This document shows positions 35,116 through 36,150 of a stretch of DNA of 36,150 nt, one piece after another (position 1 is the first letter of the stretch; every line of letters begins with the position of its first letter). Both the position numbers and the translations under genes were made by a program. Origin of the DNA: a virus (lineage: Duplodnaviria; Caudoviricetes); IMG/VR virus record IMGVR_UViG_3300024988_000239, positions 1 through 36,150 of that record. One strand, 5' to 3'. Below the pieces are notes generated by a model. The model saw only the letters and a list, made by a program, of their open reading frames with translations. It was not told where the DNA came from and did not search any database.

Positions 35116-36150
35116 ATGTCGAAAGTATTAGTGACCGGTGGTACCGGGTATATTGGCTCCCACACGGTGGTGGAGCTTATCAACGAAGGCTTCGAAGTAG
35201 TAATTGTCGATAACCTTTCGAATTCGAATGTAGCGGTACTCGATGGAATCGAGAAGATTACCGGTGTTCGTCCCGCCTTTGAAAATATCGACTGTGTGGA
35301 CTACGTAAGTATGGACCGTATGTTTGCTAAATATGAAAACATCGATTCCATCATTCATTTTGCTGCCAGTAAGGCTGTGGGCGAGTCGGTCGAAAAGCCT
35401 CTGATGTATTATCGCAACAACCTGGTATCGCTCATCAATATATTACAACTGATGCCGATTCACAAGGTGAGGAATTTTGTGTTTTCGTCGTCGTGTACTG
35501 TTTATGGTCAGCCCGATGTACTTCCGGTAACCGAGGATGCCCCGATTAAACCTGCCATGTCGCCTTACGGGAATACGAAGCAGATTGGCGAAGAAATCAT
35601 AAGAGATACCATTCATGCCGCACCGGCCAGTTACCAAAGCATTATTCTTCGCTACTTCAACCCGATTGGGGCTCACAGTACGGCGGAAATCGGCGAACTT
35701 CCCAACGGAGTGCCCAATAATCTGCTGCCTTTTGTGACCCAGACAGCCATTGGGATCCGGAAGCAGTTGCAGGTGTTCGGCGACGATTACGACACCCCCG
35801 ACGGATCGTGTATCCGCGATTACATACACGTGGTGGATCTGGCGAAGGCGCATGTGGTAGCCGTGAAACGGATGTTGCAGGGCAAGTCGCTGTCGAATGT
35901 CGAAACCTTCAATTTAGGTACGGGTCGCGGGCTTTCGGTACTCGAAATCCTCACTACGTTCGAAAAAGTGAATGAGGTGAAGGTACCGTATAAAATCGTG
36001 GGCCGTCGCGAGGGGGATATTGAAAAAGTGTGGGCCGATCCTACCATTGCCAACGAAGTACTGGGATGGAAAGCTACTGAAACAGTGGAAGAAACGCTTC
36101 GCAGCGCCTGGGCCTGGGAGCAGAAACTCCGCACTCAAACCACCAACTGA
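35116..36150 (+). CDS. galE: UDP-glucose 4-epimerase
   Basis: GGTGYIGSHT, HFAASKAVGES, YGNTK, LRYFNPIGAH, RDYIHV motifs. Confidence 0.96.
   Translation: MSKVLVTGGTGYIGSHTVVELINEGFEVVIVDNLSNSNVAVLDGIEKITGVRPAFENIDCVDYVSMDRMFAKYENIDSIIHFAASKAVGESVEKPLMYYRNNLVSLINILQLMPIHKVRNFVFSSSCTVYGQPDVLPVTEDAPIKPAMSPYGNTKQIGEEIIRDTIHAAPASYQSIILRYFNPIGAHSTAEIGELPNGVPNNLLPFVTQTAIGIRKQLQVFGDDYDTPDGSCIRDYIHVVDLAKAHVVAVKRMLQGKSLSNVETFNLGTGRGLSVLEILTTFEKVNEVKVPYKIVGRREGDIEKVWADPTIANEVLGWKATETVEETLRSAWAWEQKLRTQTTN

Noticed and set aside
1198-36138. Many short antisense or alternate-frame ORFs in the track (e.g. 3107-3454, 10490-10876, 11043-11450, 20111-20926, 33400-33913, 34515-35096, 35443-36138)
   Set aside because: They overlap well-supported genes and have no recognisable motifs; treated as shadow ORFs.

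Overview
Bacteroidota (probably Bacteroidales) chromosomal window, judged from TAnnTTTG promoters and gene content. About 1-27300 is part of a siphovirus-type prophage. It carries a tyrosine recombinase, a small-gene cluster, head genes (scaffold, decoration, capsid), neck and tail genes, two convergent lipoprotein morons, a four-gene lysis cassette and a second small-gene cluster (JAB/RadC, LPD29-like). No terminase, portal, repressor or replication gene is visible. To the right lie a lipoprotein, umuD-umuC-SRAP, an IS66 remnant, the tRNA-Lys(CTT) junction and host genes (lipoprotein, nucleotidyltransferase, galE). Most interesting: (1) three tail-tip proteins that look linked by pilus-like donor-strand complementation, with a middle subunit that could self-polymerise; (2) a tRNA-like cloverleaf with TCA at the centre of its anticodon loop inside the tail operon; (3) two promoter classes with conserved, fixed-spacing motifs; (4) a possible orphan DGR target lipoprotein; (5) a clean -1 frameshift site in the tail chaperone. 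Family assignments come from motif recognition and synteny, not database searches.
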